This document shows positions 20,170-29,857 of a DNA stretch of 64,000 nucleotides, in pieces. Source of the stretch: an uncultured Candidatus Rokubacteria bacterium (GTDB lineage Bacteria; Methylomirabilota; Methylomirabilia; Rokubacteriales; CSP1-6). Location of the stretch: NCBI GenBank assembly GCA_963758635.1, contig CAVWWD010000008.1, positions 832,001-896,000 on the forward strand. The letters are read 5' to 3'. The stretch's first letter is position 1, and the number at the start of each line of letters is the position of its first letter. The notes under the pieces are model-generated. The model saw only the letters and a program-made list of their open reading frames with translations, was not told the origin of the DNA and ran no database searches. The translations under genes were made by a program, and so were the position numbers.

Positions 20170-21556
20170 TCAGCGGCGCTCGAGGCGCATGCGGATGCCC
20201 GACCGGGGCCGGAGCGTGATGGACGCCAGCGGTTCCACGCGCTGGCCGGGCTCGAGCACGAGGCGGAACCGCCGCGCGATCGCCGCGAGGATCAGCACCG
20301 CCTCCATCGTGGCGAAGGAGTTGCCGATGCACTGGCGCGGCCCGCCGCCGAACGGGAAGTAGGCGAAGCGAGGGAGGCGGCGGGCGAGATCGCCGGCCCA
20401 GCGCTCGGGACGGAACGCTCGGGCTCGTCGAACCAGCGCGGATCGCGGTGGACCACCCACGTGGGCGCGATCACAACGTCGCCCGGCGCCAGTGGGAGCC
20501 GGCGGCCTCCGTCGGCCTCGCCGCCTGGCGCGCGAGCGCGTAGGCGGCCGGGTAGAGCCGCATGGACTCCGTCATGACCATGTCGGTGTAGCGGAGCGCG
20601 GGCAGGTCGGTCACCGTGGGCGCGCGGTCGCCGAGCACCGCGCGCAGCTCGTCGCCGAGCCGCGCCTCCACCTCCGGGTGCTGGGCGAGCAGGTACCACG
20701 TCCACGAGAGCGCCACGGCCGTCGTCTCGTGGCCGGCCAGGAACAGCGTCATCACCTCGTCGCGCACCTGCTGGTCCGTCATGCGGCTGCCGTCGTCGGC
20801 GTCCTGGGCGGCGAGGAGGATCGAGAGGAGGTCGCCGCGATCCCCGGGGCTCCGCCGGCGGTCGGCGATCATGCGGTAGACGACCTCGTCGAGGCGGCGG
20901 ATGGCGCGGCGAAGGCGCAGGTTGGCCGGGAGCGGCAGCCACATGGGAAGCAACTGGAGCAGGCTCCCCAGCCGCTCGGCGAAGAACTCGGTCACCACGC
21001 GCGAGGCGTCGACCACGTCGTGGGACGCGCCGGACACGTCGGCGTCGAAGAGGGTCTTGGCGACGATGGCCTGCGTCACCGTCATCATCTCGGCGTGCAC
21101 GTCCACGACCGCGGCGTCCTTCCAGCCGTCGGCCTGGCGCGTGGCATGGTCCGCCATGACCTCGCCGTAGGCCGCGATGCGCTGGCGATGGAAGGCCGGC
21201 TGAACGAGGCGCCGCTGGCGGAGCCAGAGGTCGCCTTCGGAGAGGAGGAGGCCGTCGCCGAGGAGGCCGCGGAGCATGCGCACGCTGCGGCTCTTCACGA
21301 AGTCGCGGCTCCTCGCCACGAAGGCGTCCTCGATCGCGTCGGGATGGTAGATGAGGACGCCGCGGACCGGTCCCAGGCGCACCGGGACAACGTCGCCGTG
21401 CTCCCGGGCGCACCGGGTGTAGAAGCCGAGCTGGTCGCGGTGGACGTCGGGCAGACTGCCCAGAAGCCAGTGGCCCTTCGGACCTCGTGGCGGGCTCGAC
21501 GATCGGGGGGAAACGCCCACGCTCGCCGGCGCATCTCCGGGCGGTATCGTCGGCAT
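20170..21556 (-). CDS. Cytochrome P450; about 2 frameshifts near the 3' end
   Basis: [47 protein letters not shown]. Confidence 0.93.
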
Positions 21557-21576
21557 CCACGGTCTCCTTGTCAGAG

Positions 21577-21650
21577 CGGTGTTGCGCGAGGGTCTGACCC
21601 CGGTGTTGCGCGGTGTTGCGCGAGGGTCTGACCCCCGCGCAACGCCGGGG
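21577..21650. repeat. REP-like cluster (CGGTGTTGCGCGAGGGTCTGACCCC units)
   Basis: Two direct copies of TTGCGCGAGGGTCTGACCCC, plus CGGTGTTGCG repeats and a complementary CGCGCAACGCCG arm; same family at 43657. Confidence 0.8.
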
Positions 21651-21714
21651 CGAGACGGCACGGGCGCCGAGTCGGCCTCGACGCCCGTGATTGGCGTGCG
21701 GCGCGGGCGCGCTG

Positions 21715-21891
21715 CTACTTGTCCTTGATCGCCGCCTTCACCTTCGCCGCAACGTCGGGCGGAATGGACGTCATGTTGTGAGCGGTCCGGGCGTGCTCGG
21801 CGCCCTTGGCGATCACCTCGGCCTCGTCCTTCCCTTCGATCACCATGTTGCAGCCGGGCATCAGATCACCGCACTTGAGCACCTTCGGCAT
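21715..21891 (-). CDS. Small metal-binding protein, DUF1059-like (58 aa, missed by the ORF track)
   Basis: MPKVLKCGDLMPGCNMVIEGKDEAEVIAKGAEHARTAHNMTSIPPDVAAKVKAAIKDK*; C-x6-C...H-x4-H; GAGGAG Shine-Dalgarno. Confidence 0.85.
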   Translation of the reverse strand: MPKVLKCGDLMPGCNMVIEGKDEAEVIAKGAEHARTAHNMTSIPPDVAAKVKAAIKDK

Positions 21892-21990
21892 GACAAGCTC
21901 CTCTGGCTGGGGTGGGAAGTCGGTCGGCGTTGCTCGTTCAGGGTCGCCCCGGACGGGGACGCTGTCAAACGGTTGCCGGCAGGCGTCGCC

Positions 21991-23523
21991 TCACTCGAGA
22001 CGGTAGACCTCGACCTCGACCGACCTACCCTTCACGAGCAGCGCGGGCAGTGGCGCCGTGTCGAACTGGTCGGCGAGCCGCTGGTACGTGTCGCCGCTCA
22101 GGAGGACGTCCCCGCCCAGCTCCTTGGTGAGCCCCTGGATGCGCGAGGCCAGGTTCACGGGGTCGCCGATCAGGGCGTAGGCGAGCCGCTCGGAGCTGCC
22201 GATGTTGCCGGCGAGCACCCGCCCGGTGTGGATGCCGATGCCGTGGCGGAGGGCCGCCTTGCCCGCGCGCTCCCGCTCGACGTTCCACACGGCGAGCCGC
22301 CGCCGCATCTCGAGGGCGGCCCGCACCGCCATGGTCGGATGATCCGCGCGCGCGACCGGCGCGCCGAACACCGCCTCGATCCCGTCGCCGATGAACTGGA
22401 CGACCAGCCCGTGGTGCTCGCGGATGGCGCCTTCCATCTCGGTGAAGTACGTGTTGAGGTCGTGGACGATATGCTGCGGCGCGGTCCGTTCCACCCACGG
22501 CGTGAAGTCGCGAAGGTCCGAGAAGAGGATGGTCACGTCCTGGGCCTGGCCTTCCAGGGAGACCCGGCCGGAGAGGATCTCGTCGCGGATCTCCGGGCTC
22601 ACGTACTTGCCGAACGTCTCGCGGAGCATCTCGCGTTCCCTGAGGCCCGCGACCATGCGGTTGAAGCCCTCGGCGGCGGCCCCGATCTCGTCGTTGGTGA
22701 CGACCGGACACCGCGTGTCGAGAAGCCCGCGCTCGACCCGGCGCATGGCGCTCTGGACCTCGCCCAGCGGCGTGGCCACGCTGGCCGCCACGAACACGGC
22801 GAGCGCGATCGACACGACGACGCCGACCAGCGCGATGAACACGATCGACACGAGCAGGCTGCCCACGACCCGGGCCGCGGCCTCCGGCTCCATGCCAGGG
22901 AGCGACGCCGCCCGCTGGTAGGCCATGACCCCGAGAACGGACAGCGGCACCGCGCCGACGAGGAGGAACATCACGAGGAGCCGCGTGCGCACGCGGAGCC
23001 GGAACACACGCGGCACCGCGCTCAGGTCGCCCTCCGGGAAGTAGCGGGCGATGTCCTTCCGCCAGAGGTACTCGGTGACGAAGAACGTGAACGCGGTGGT
23101 CGCGATCCCGGCCACGAACGTGTTGCCGAAGGTGAACCGGAGCGCGCGCTCGATCGTGAAGGTGCCGAGCCACGCGGGCCGGAGCCAGCCGAAGATGAGG
23201 CTCGCGAGGGCCCAGCCGCAGAACGTGATGCCGGCGAGCGCGTACGGGAAGAGAAGCGCGCGGCGCCGCGTCTCGGCGGTGAGGGGCGCCACGCCGCCGG
23301 CCGGCTCGAGCGCCCGCCACCACCGGCGGACCCAACCGAGGACGATGACCATGAGCACGCCGAACCCGACGACGAAGAAGGTCAGGGAGGTGCGCCAGTG
23401 GCCGCCGGGCAGGGGCGGCGTCCGGAAGTCGACGAACGTGAAGTAGGTGAACGAGACGAGGGCGCCGATCAGGTTGGCCGGCAGCAGGACCGCGACGTGA
23501 CGTCCGATCGTCCCCTGTGCCAT
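21991..23523 (-). CDS. Membrane class III adenylate/guanylate cyclase with HAMP domain
   Basis: TM helices, NDEIG..AEGFNRM, TILFSDLRDFT, QFIGDG, GIGIHTG, IGDPVNLASRI, VKGR. Confidence 0.92.
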   Translation of the reverse strand: MAQGTIGRHVAVLLPANLIGALVSFTYFTFVDFRTPPLPGGHWRTSLTFFVVGFGVLMVIVLGWVRRWWRALEPAGGVAPLTAETRRRALLFPYALAGITFCGWALASLIFGWLRPAWLGTFTIERALRFTFGNTFVAGIATTAFTFFVTEYLWRKDIARYFPEGDLSAVPRVFRLRVRTRLLVMFLLVGAVPLSVLGVMAYQRAASLPGMEPEAAARVVGSLLVSIVFIALVGVVVSIALAVFVAASVATPLGEVQSAMRRVERGLLDTRCPVVTNDEIGAAAEGFNRMVAGLREREMLRETFGKYVSPEIRDEILSGRVSLEGQAQDVTILFSDLRDFTPWVERTAPQHIVHDLNTYFTEMEGAIREHHGLVVQFIGDGIEAVFGAPVARADHPTMAVRAALEMRRRLAVWNVERERAGKAALRHGIGIHTGRVLAGNIGSSERLAYALIGDPVNLASRIQGLTKELGGDVLLSGDTYQRLADQFDTAPLPALLVKGRSVEVEVYRLE

Positions 23524-23570
23524 CGGCTCTCCTGCCGGAGTGTACCGGAGGCGCCCCGCGTGGCCGAGCG

Positions 23571-25284
23571 TCAGATGGGACCGAGGTCTCGCTCGGCCTC
23601 GGCGAGCAGGCCGTCGAAGGCCGTGGGCAGGGCGATGACGCGTCCGACCACGCCGGGGCTGTAGCCCTGGAGCCAGTAGCTGTTGGTCGGATGCCCGCCG
23701 CCCGCCACGATCAGCACGATGTTGTCCGCGGCGGCCGTGATCGGCCACGGGTCGAGCGCGATGCTCTCGCGCGTGACCTTGCTGGCGTCGATCTCGATCC
23801 ACGCCGGGCATCCGGCGCGGCGGAGCTCCGCGAGGGGAATCCGCGAGTGCTCCCACAGGAACTCCCGGATCGACCGCGGGGTCCAGCCGAGCCCGGCCAT
23901 GGTCTGCGCGACCACCCCGGGGATCATCAGGATGCCGGGCGTGCCGCGCTCGTAGCCCGCGAGACCGGGCATGTTGGGCACCCGCATGAAGTCGGCCATG
24001 CGGTGCATGCCCTGGAGCGCGTCCTCCTCGGGGGTTTCCTTCTTGGCGCCGCGCCGCCGGATGTTGGTGGCGCCGTTGGCGAAGGCGAGCGAGACGGAGC
24101 TCGTGCCCGCGGGGAAGCCGTGGCGCTGCGTGGCGTGGGGCGCCCAGCCCGGCGGCAGGCTCGCCTCGTCCTCGGCGAAGACCACGTTGGTGGCGCGGAG
24201 GCCGCCGTAGTTCGCCATCGTGCCGATGCCCGGGAGCGCGCCGCCCACGTTCTGCTGGAGCAGGCGCAGGGCGCGGCCGATGCTCGCGCCGGCGGGACGC
24301 TCGGGGTCGGGGCCGAGGCAGCCGAAGCCCGCGTTGAGCCGGATGCGCGCGCCGATGGGGCCGTTCACGATGACCACGGGGAACGCGCTGCCCGAGGCGG
24401 CCTGGAGCTGCTCGCTGCCCGGACTCCGGGTCGAGGAACGCCTCCACGGCGGCGACGAGCACGGGCAGGTACTCCGGCCGGCCGCCCGCCATGGCGAGCG
24501 CGATCGCGCACGTCTCCACGGTGGTCACGCCGCCGCGAGGCGGGAAGGCGCCGAGGACGCGGTCGCGCGCGCCGGCCGCGCCCCGGAGGATCCAGTCCAC
24601 GCGCTCGGGCGTGGGCGGCCAGAGGGGCAGGCCGTCCCCCCAGCGGCTGGCGAGCATGCGATGGTTCGCGCGGGCCATCGCGTCCTCGAACGTCCGGCCC
24701 TCCACGGTGATCAGCGGCGACGGCCCTCCGGCGGACCGGGCGAGCGCGGAGCTCCACTCGGTGAGCCCCGCGTAGAACTCGCGCTTGCGCGTCTCGACCG
24801 GGCCGATGTCGCTGCCGGGCAGGAACATGTCGATGGGGAACGTGACCATGGCCGCGTCCGGCGCCAGCCCGAGGCCGGCGACGGCGTTCTGCATGACGCC
24901 GACGAAGTCCGTCCGGGTCAGCGTGACGGTGGGAATCCCGAGGGTCTCGAGCCTGGCGGCCGCCCGGCCGCACGCGGTGGCGCAGGACCCTCAGGCCGCG
25001 TTGCCGATGATGACGGCGTCGACCTCGCGCCGCTTCACCAGCTCCGCCGTCTCCTCCGATCCGATCACCGCGTTGCCCTGCGGGAACGTGTCGATCGGGA
25101 GCACCTCGATGCCGGGGAAGTCCGCCTCGAGGAGCGCCTTGAGCCGGGGCAGCATCCGGTAGGCCTGCCACTGCTCGTTGCTGACGAAGCCGATGCGCTT
25201 GCCCGCCAGCGTGGCGAGGCGCGGCGCGAACGGCTGCTTCACCTCGATGGCCCCGGACGGGTCGTGGAAGGACAGCGTGACCAT
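23571..25284 (-). CDS. UGSC-type selenoprotein fused to a large C-terminal domain; Sec at TGA 24993-24991; 1 frameshift near 24420
   Basis: ORF 24991..25284 ends DAVIIGNAA-TGA and continues in frame GSCATACGRAAARLETLGIPTV into the ORF starting at 24894 (WGDGLPLWPPT, AMAGGRPEY), then shifts into 23571..24377. Confidence 0.85.
24940..24990 (-). promoter_or_regulatory. Bacterial SECIS-like hairpin (UGSC gene)
   Basis: After UGA: GGGUC/GACCC basal pairing, CCUG/CAGG, and apical GCGGCC-GGGC-GGCCGC; the G-initiated loop is 25 nt after UGA. Confidence 0.7.
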
Positions 25285-25359
25285 GGGCTCCTCCTCGCGC
25301 CGCGACCTCTCGGGGCGGCGCGCGTCATGACCGTGGCAGCGGGCGTGCCCGCGGGATCC

Positions 25360-26274
25360 TCAGCCGATCAGCGCGCCGCGTGTCTTCGTGGGCAGGCGGT
25401 AGACGCTGGTGCGCGCGGTGAGGAAGAGCGCGCTGCCGTCCTCGCCCCACGCGAGATTGGCGGGCAGCTCGGGCAGCACGATCCGCCCGAGGAACGTGCC
25501 GTTGGCGCGGCAGACCCACACCCCGCCCGGTCCCGTGCAGAACACGTTGCCCTGCCGGTCCACCTTGAGCCCGTCGGGCACGCCCGGATCGTCGGAGGCC
25601 ATGTCGAGCAGGACGCGGCTGTCCGTGAGCGTGCCGTCGGGCCGGACGGTGAACGCCCGGATGTGCTTGGCCGCCGAGTCGTCGATGTAGAGCGCGGACT
25701 CGTCGGGCGAGAACGCGAGCCCGTTGGGCAGCGCGAAGTCGTCGACCAGGAGCTGGATGCCGCCGTCGGGCGCGATCCGGTACACGCCGTGGCAGCCCTG
25801 CTCCTTGCCGGCGATGGGCTTCTTCCACCACTCGGGCGGGCGCGCCACGCCGGGCGTGCTCGGCTGCACCGCGTAGGGCGGATCGGTGAAGTAGACCGAG
25901 CCGTCGGACTTCACCACGATGTCGTTCGGGCTGTTGAGGCGCTTGCCCTCGAAGCGCTCGGCGAGCACGGTGCGCGAGCCGTCGTCGGCCACACGGCTCA
26001 CGCGACGGCCGTCGTGCTCGGCGGCCAGCACGCGGCCCTGCCGGTCGAGGGTGAGGCCGTTGGACATGCCCACCGCGTACGTCGTCAGCTCGGGGCCTTC
26101 GGCGAGGCGGCGCCAGCGGGCGATCCGCTTGTTCGGGATGTCGCTGAAGAAGAGCGCCCCGCCGCGCCAGACCGGCCCCTCGGTGAACGTGAGACCGCCC
26201 GCGACGCGCTCGACCACGGCATCTGGGGCAACCAGGTCGTGCAGGCCGGCATCACGCGTCTCGAGCAGCGTCAT
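25360..26274 (-). CDS. SMP-30/gluconolactonase/LRE family protein
   Basis: FTEGPVW, FSDIP, LNSPND, FTDPPY, PNGLAFSPD, PDGLKVD. Confidence 0.92.
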   Translation of the reverse strand: MTLLETRDAGLHDLVAPDAVVERVAGGLTFTEGPVWRGGALFFSDIPNKRIARWRRLAEGPELTTYAVGMSNGLTLDRQGRVLAAEHDGRRVSRVADDGSRTVLAERFEGKRLNSPNDIVVKSDGSVYFTDPPYAVQPSTPGVARPPEWWKKPIAGKEQGCHGVYRIAPDGGIQLLVDDFALPNGLAFSPDESALYIDDSAAKHIRAFTVRPDGTLTDSRVLLDMASDDPGVPDGLKVDRQGNVFCTGPGGVWVCRANGTFLGRIVLPELPANLAWGEDGSALFLTARTSVYRLPTKTRGALIG

Positions 26275-26479
26275 CGGGCTCGTCCTCCATGTGGGTCGGT
26301 CGGTCGTACCGGGCATGCGACGTGGCGCGGCATGACCAGCAGGCTACGCTCCCCTCGCGACCCTCCGCAACTGTCACCACGTGCGGGCGCCGGGCTTCGC
26401 CCGCCCGCACCCTGCGCCCACGTCCCTCCGAGCTTGGGGTCAGGCACTTGCGTTGCGCGGGGCCGGACGACGGGCGGGG

Positions 26480-27361
26480 TCAGGCGACGCGGGCCTTGCG
26501 GCGCGAGGCGGCAGCGCGGGGCTTCGCGCGGGAGGCGCTGCGGCTCGCGCGCCGGCCGTCGGATGCCGCGCGGGCGGACGCCGCCCTGGGGCCGGCCAGG
26601 CTCTGACGGAGGCGCTCCATCAGATCCACGACCTTGTCCTGGCGGGCGTCGGTCTTCTCACCTTTCAGGCGGGGCTCGGCCCCCTTGAGCTTGGCGCGGA
26701 TCACGCGCATCACGTTCGCCTGGTACTCGTCGGTGTACTTGTCCGGTGTCCAGCGGGCGCTGAGCTGCGCGATGAGCGACTTCGCCATCTCGATCTCCCG
26801 CGACTTGCCCGTCGCCGCGGGCGGGAAGCTGAACTCGTCCAGGTCGGCCAGCTCGTCGGAGAAGCGCATCAGGGTGACGACCAGCGCGTCGCCGATGGCC
26901 TCGAGCGCGGCGAGGTGCTGCACCTCCCGGAGCATGATCTTGCCCACCCCGGTCTTGCCCGAGTCGCGGAGCGCGTCGCGCAGCACCGCGTAGGCCCGGT
27001 CGCCGCCCTTGCCGGGCACCGCGTAGTAGGGGGTCTCGAAGAAGCGGTCGTCGATCTCCTCGGCCGACACGAAGTCCAGGATGTCGAGCGAGCTGGTCTT
27101 CTGGAGCGCGGCGGCCTCGAGCTCCTCACGGGTCAGCACGACGAACTCGCCCTTGGCGTGCTCGTATCCCTTCACGATCTCCGCCCACGGCACCGGCCGG
27201 TCCTCCTTCTCGCACACGCGCTCGAACCGGACCGGCGACCTGTCCTTGCCGTGCAGCATCCGGAAGCGCGGCCGCGTGTCCCGGAGCGCCCGGTGCAGCT
27301 GGATGGGAATCGTGACGAGGCCGAACGCGATCGATCCTGTCCAGAGCGGTCTGCTTGCCAT
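26480..27361 (-). CDS. ku: Non-homologous end joining protein Ku
   Basis: RPLWTGSIAFGLVTIP, IVKGYE, PYYAVP, YTDEY, KVVDLMERLRQSL, basic tail. Confidence 0.95.
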   Translation of the reverse strand: MASRPLWTGSIAFGLVTIPIQLHRALRDTRPRFRMLHGKDRSPVRFERVCEKEDRPVPWAEIVKGYEHAKGEFVVLTREELEAAALQKTSSLDILDFVSAEEIDDRFFETPYYAVPGKGGDRAYAVLRDALRDSGKTGVGKIMLREVQHLAALEAIGDALVVTLMRFSDELADLDEFSFPPAATGKSREIEMAKSLIAQLSARWTPDKYTDEYQANVMRVIRAKLKGAEPRLKGEKTDARQDKVVDLMERLRQSLAGPRAASARAASDGRRASRSASRAKPRAAASRRKARVA

Positions 27362-27408
27362 GCCGGCCTCCGTGTCGAGGTCGTTCTGGATACCGACGCC
27401 TCAACGAG

Positions 27409-27423
27409 GCAAGATCCGTGCCG
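27409..27423 (-). promoter_or_regulatory. sigma54 (-24/-12)-like promoter upstream of ku
   Basis: CGGCACGGATCTTGC matches YGGCAC-N5-TTGC, about 47 nt before the ku ATG. Confidence 0.6.
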
Positions 27424-27529
27424 CCCGCTGGCGCAATGCGACTGCTGCCCGCAGCGGCCGGGGAGGCGGTGAGAGCAATCTCGACCCGGAAGGATCGACC
27501 GGGAGGATCCGGGTGGGGCGATCGGACGG

Positions 27530-27724
27530 CTACCGGAGCTCTGACGCCGGGATGACGCGGTAGCGGCCGGGATACCGCTCGAAGAGCTGGTTCATCTCCT
27601 GCGAGGTCATCTCGATGCGCTGGCCCGTGAGGGTGTCCTCGACCACCCACCGGCCCTGGAGCATCATGCCCGTGAGGTGCTGGTGCCACTGGGTGGTCAG
27701 GAGCTCGCGGGCCGGGCGCGTCAC
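27530..27724 (-). CDS. Hypothetical small protein (64 aa)
   Basis: Fills the gap directly after the CoA-transferase; protein-like composition (GRWVVEDTLTGQRIEM...YPGRYRVI). Confidence 0.5.
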   Translation of the reverse strand: MTRPARELLTTQWHQHLTGMMLQGRWVVEDTLTGQRIEMTSQEMNQLFERYPGRYRVIPASELR

Positions 27725-27734
27725 GCGGCGAGGC

Positions 27735-28928
27735 TCAGACGACGGTGTCGCGCCGGAGCCGCTCGATCTCCTCGGAGCCGTAGCCGGCCTCGCGGAGGAT
27801 CTCGTCGGTGTGCTCGCCGAGCGTGGGCGGCTCGCGGTCGATGCCGGGGCTGCCGTGGGCGAGACGGAACCCCGCCCCGACCAGGCGCATCGGCCCGTAG
27901 CGCGAGTCGATCGTCTGGAGCACGTCCCGATGCCCGAGCTGCGGGTGCTCGACGATCTCGTGGATCTTCCAGATGGAGCCGCACGGCACGTCGGCCGCGG
28001 TCAGCCGCTCCTCCCACGCCCGCGCGTCGTCGCCGGCCAGCGCTTCCTCGATGATCTCGCGTAGCGCCGGCTCGTTGGCCGTGCGCGCCGGCCAGTCCTT
28101 GAAGCGGGGGTCGCCGAGGACGTCGGGACGCCCGAGCGTCTTCATGAGGCTCACGAACTGCTTCTCGGTGAGCACGGCGAGGACGAGGTAGCCGTCGCGG
28201 ACCCGGTAGCGGTTGGCCGTGGGCTTCCTGCTCACCGAGCCGTTGCCGATCTGGCGCTGCTCGATGCCGGCGACGGTGTACTCGGACACGGGGCCGGGGA
28301 TGAAGGCCAGCGCGGCGTCGAGCATGGCCACGTCCACGAGCTGTCCCCGGCCGGTGTGCGTCCTCTGGAAGAGCGCGCTCGCCACCGCGAGCGCCGCGGT
28401 CATGCCGCCGATGGTGTCGCAGATGGCGAAGCCGGCGCGCGTCGGCCCGCGCTCGGGCTCGCCGGTGATCGACATGATGCCGGACATGGCCTGGAGCTTG
28501 CCGTCGAACGCCGCGGTGGTCCGCTCGGGACCCGTCATGCCGAACCCCGAGACGCCGCAGTAGATGAGCCGCGGGTTGATCGCGGACAGCGTCTCCCAGC
28601 CGAGGCCCAGCCGCTCCATGACGCCGCCGCGGAAGTTCTCCCACACCACGTCGGCGTTCGTGACCAGCCGCTTGACCACCTCGATCGCCTCGGGCTTGCG
28701 GAGGTCGAGCGTGATGCTCCGCTTGTTGGCGTTCACCGCCATGAAGGAGGGGGCCATCTTCCGGCTCGCCCAGGTGGCGTCGGCGAGCTGGCCCCGCGTC
28801 TCGTCGCCCTCGTGCGACTCGATCTTGACGACGTCGGCGCCGAGCAGCGCGAGCTGGTAGGTCCCGTAGGGGCCGGCGAGGTAGCGGGTGAAGTCGAGGA
28901 CGCGGACGCCGGCGAACGGCTTGCTCAT
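27735..28928 (-). CDS. Class III CoA-transferase (CaiB/BaiF family)
   Basis: GVRVLDFTRYLAGP, LGADVVKIE, NANKRSITLDL, ENFR, SGFGMTGP, PPTLGEHT; ATGA overlap with the upstream selenoprotein. Confidence 0.93.
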   Translation of the reverse strand: MSKPFAGVRVLDFTRYLAGPYGTYQLALLGADVVKIESHEGDETRGQLADATWASRKMAPSFMAVNANKRSITLDLRKPEAIEVVKRLVTNADVVWENFRGGVMERLGLGWETLSAINPRLIYCGVSGFGMTGPERTTAAFDGKLQAMSGIMSITGEPERGPTRAGFAICDTIGGMTAALAVASALFQRTHTGRGQLVDVAMLDAALAFIPGPVSEYTVAGIEQRQIGNGSVSRKPTANRYRVRDGYLVLAVLTEKQFVSLMKTLGRPDVLGDPRFKDWPARTANEPALREIIEEALAGDDARAWEERLTAADVPCGSIWKIHEIVEHPQLGHRDVLQTIDSRYGPMRLVGAGFRLAHGSPGIDREPPTLGEHTDEILREAGYGSEEIERLRRDTVV

Positions 28929-29857
28929 GCGCCCTCGCGCTTGGCGCGCGCCACGGTCTTGACCACGTCGAACTCCTTCCGCCGCTCGGTGATCACCTCG
29001 GGCGTCAGCTTGGAGAGGTCGTTGTAGTCGCGCTTCCACGAGGGATCGTCGCTCCAGCGGAGCGCGCTCTGCACCGTGGTGCGCGGGGCGGGGGCCGCCT
29101 CGAGCACCCGGAGCGCCAGCTCGAGGGTCTGCCGCTGGGACTCCACGTCGAACGGGCGCCCCGCCGAGTTCCCGAGGGGGAAGTCACTCCAGAGGAAGCT
29201 CGGGACCCCGCAGTGCTCCACGATGTCCTTGGCGCATCCCATGATCACGGTCGGGATGCCGTGGGCCTCGATGTGCCGGGCGACCAGACTCACGGTCTGG
29301 TGGCACACCGGTCAGCTCGGCACGAGCACGACGGCGTCGGCGCCGTCCTCCTGGCAGCGGCGCAGCAGCTCCGGCGCGTCGGTCTCCGTGGTCACGCGGA
29401 TGCTCCGGTTCGTCGGCGCGCCGTGCACGCGGGCCGTGAGGGCCCCGATGCGCCCTGCCGCCACCGCCTCCTTGAGGCGGGCGAGCGGGAGCCAGGTGTT
29501 GATGTCCTTGGCCGAGGTGTGGCGGCGGTCGTAGCCGACGTGGGAGATGCGGAGGTCGGGCTCGCTGGTGGAGGGAACCGAGTAGACCTGGTAGAACTTC
29601 GCGGCCGCGTTGTACGGTGCGCCCGGGCCCTGGTCGCCGACACCGTCCTGGAACGGCGCCGCAGTGGTGATGAGAGCCACCTTGGCCCGGGCCAGCGGCG
29701 TCGCGAGAGGCGTGAACGGGACGTCGGCGAGGTGCGCCCAGCGGTACGGATTGCTGTAGCCGAGCGCCACGTAGTAGTCGCGCGTCCGCTGCATGTAGGG
29801 GATCGGTCCGTCGTCCACGTCGATGGTCGCCACCGGCTTCTCTGCATCCGTCGTCAT
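28925..29857 (-). CDS. GrdB/PrdB-like (glycine/betaine/sarcosine/D-proline reductase B family) selenoprotein; Sec at TGA 29314-29312
   Basis: ORFs 29312..29857 and 28925..29308 are in frame across one TGA: ADAVVLVPS-U-PVCHQTVSLVARHIEAHGIPTV; also KVALITTA, DINTWLP, DFPLG. Confidence 0.88.
29269..29311 (-). promoter_or_regulatory. Bacterial SECIS-like hairpin (GrdB-like gene)
   Basis: After UGA: lower stem CGGUGUGCC/GGCACAUCG, upper stem ACCAGAC/GUCUGGU, loop CGUGA 17 nt after UGA. Confidence 0.78.

Noticed and set aside
21991..24894. 967-aa ORF suggesting a UGSC-partner/adenylate cyclase fusion
   Set aside because: Chimaera caused by an indel near 24420. The middle is off-frame junk, and the cyclase has its own TACACT box, AGGAG and ATG at 23523.
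24991..29314. Genome-wide UGA reassignment (code 4/25) as the cause of the in-frame TGAs
   Set aside because: Many genes here end properly at TGA and Trp is TGG. The two readthrough TGAs sit in UxxC motifs with hairpins, which fits Sec.
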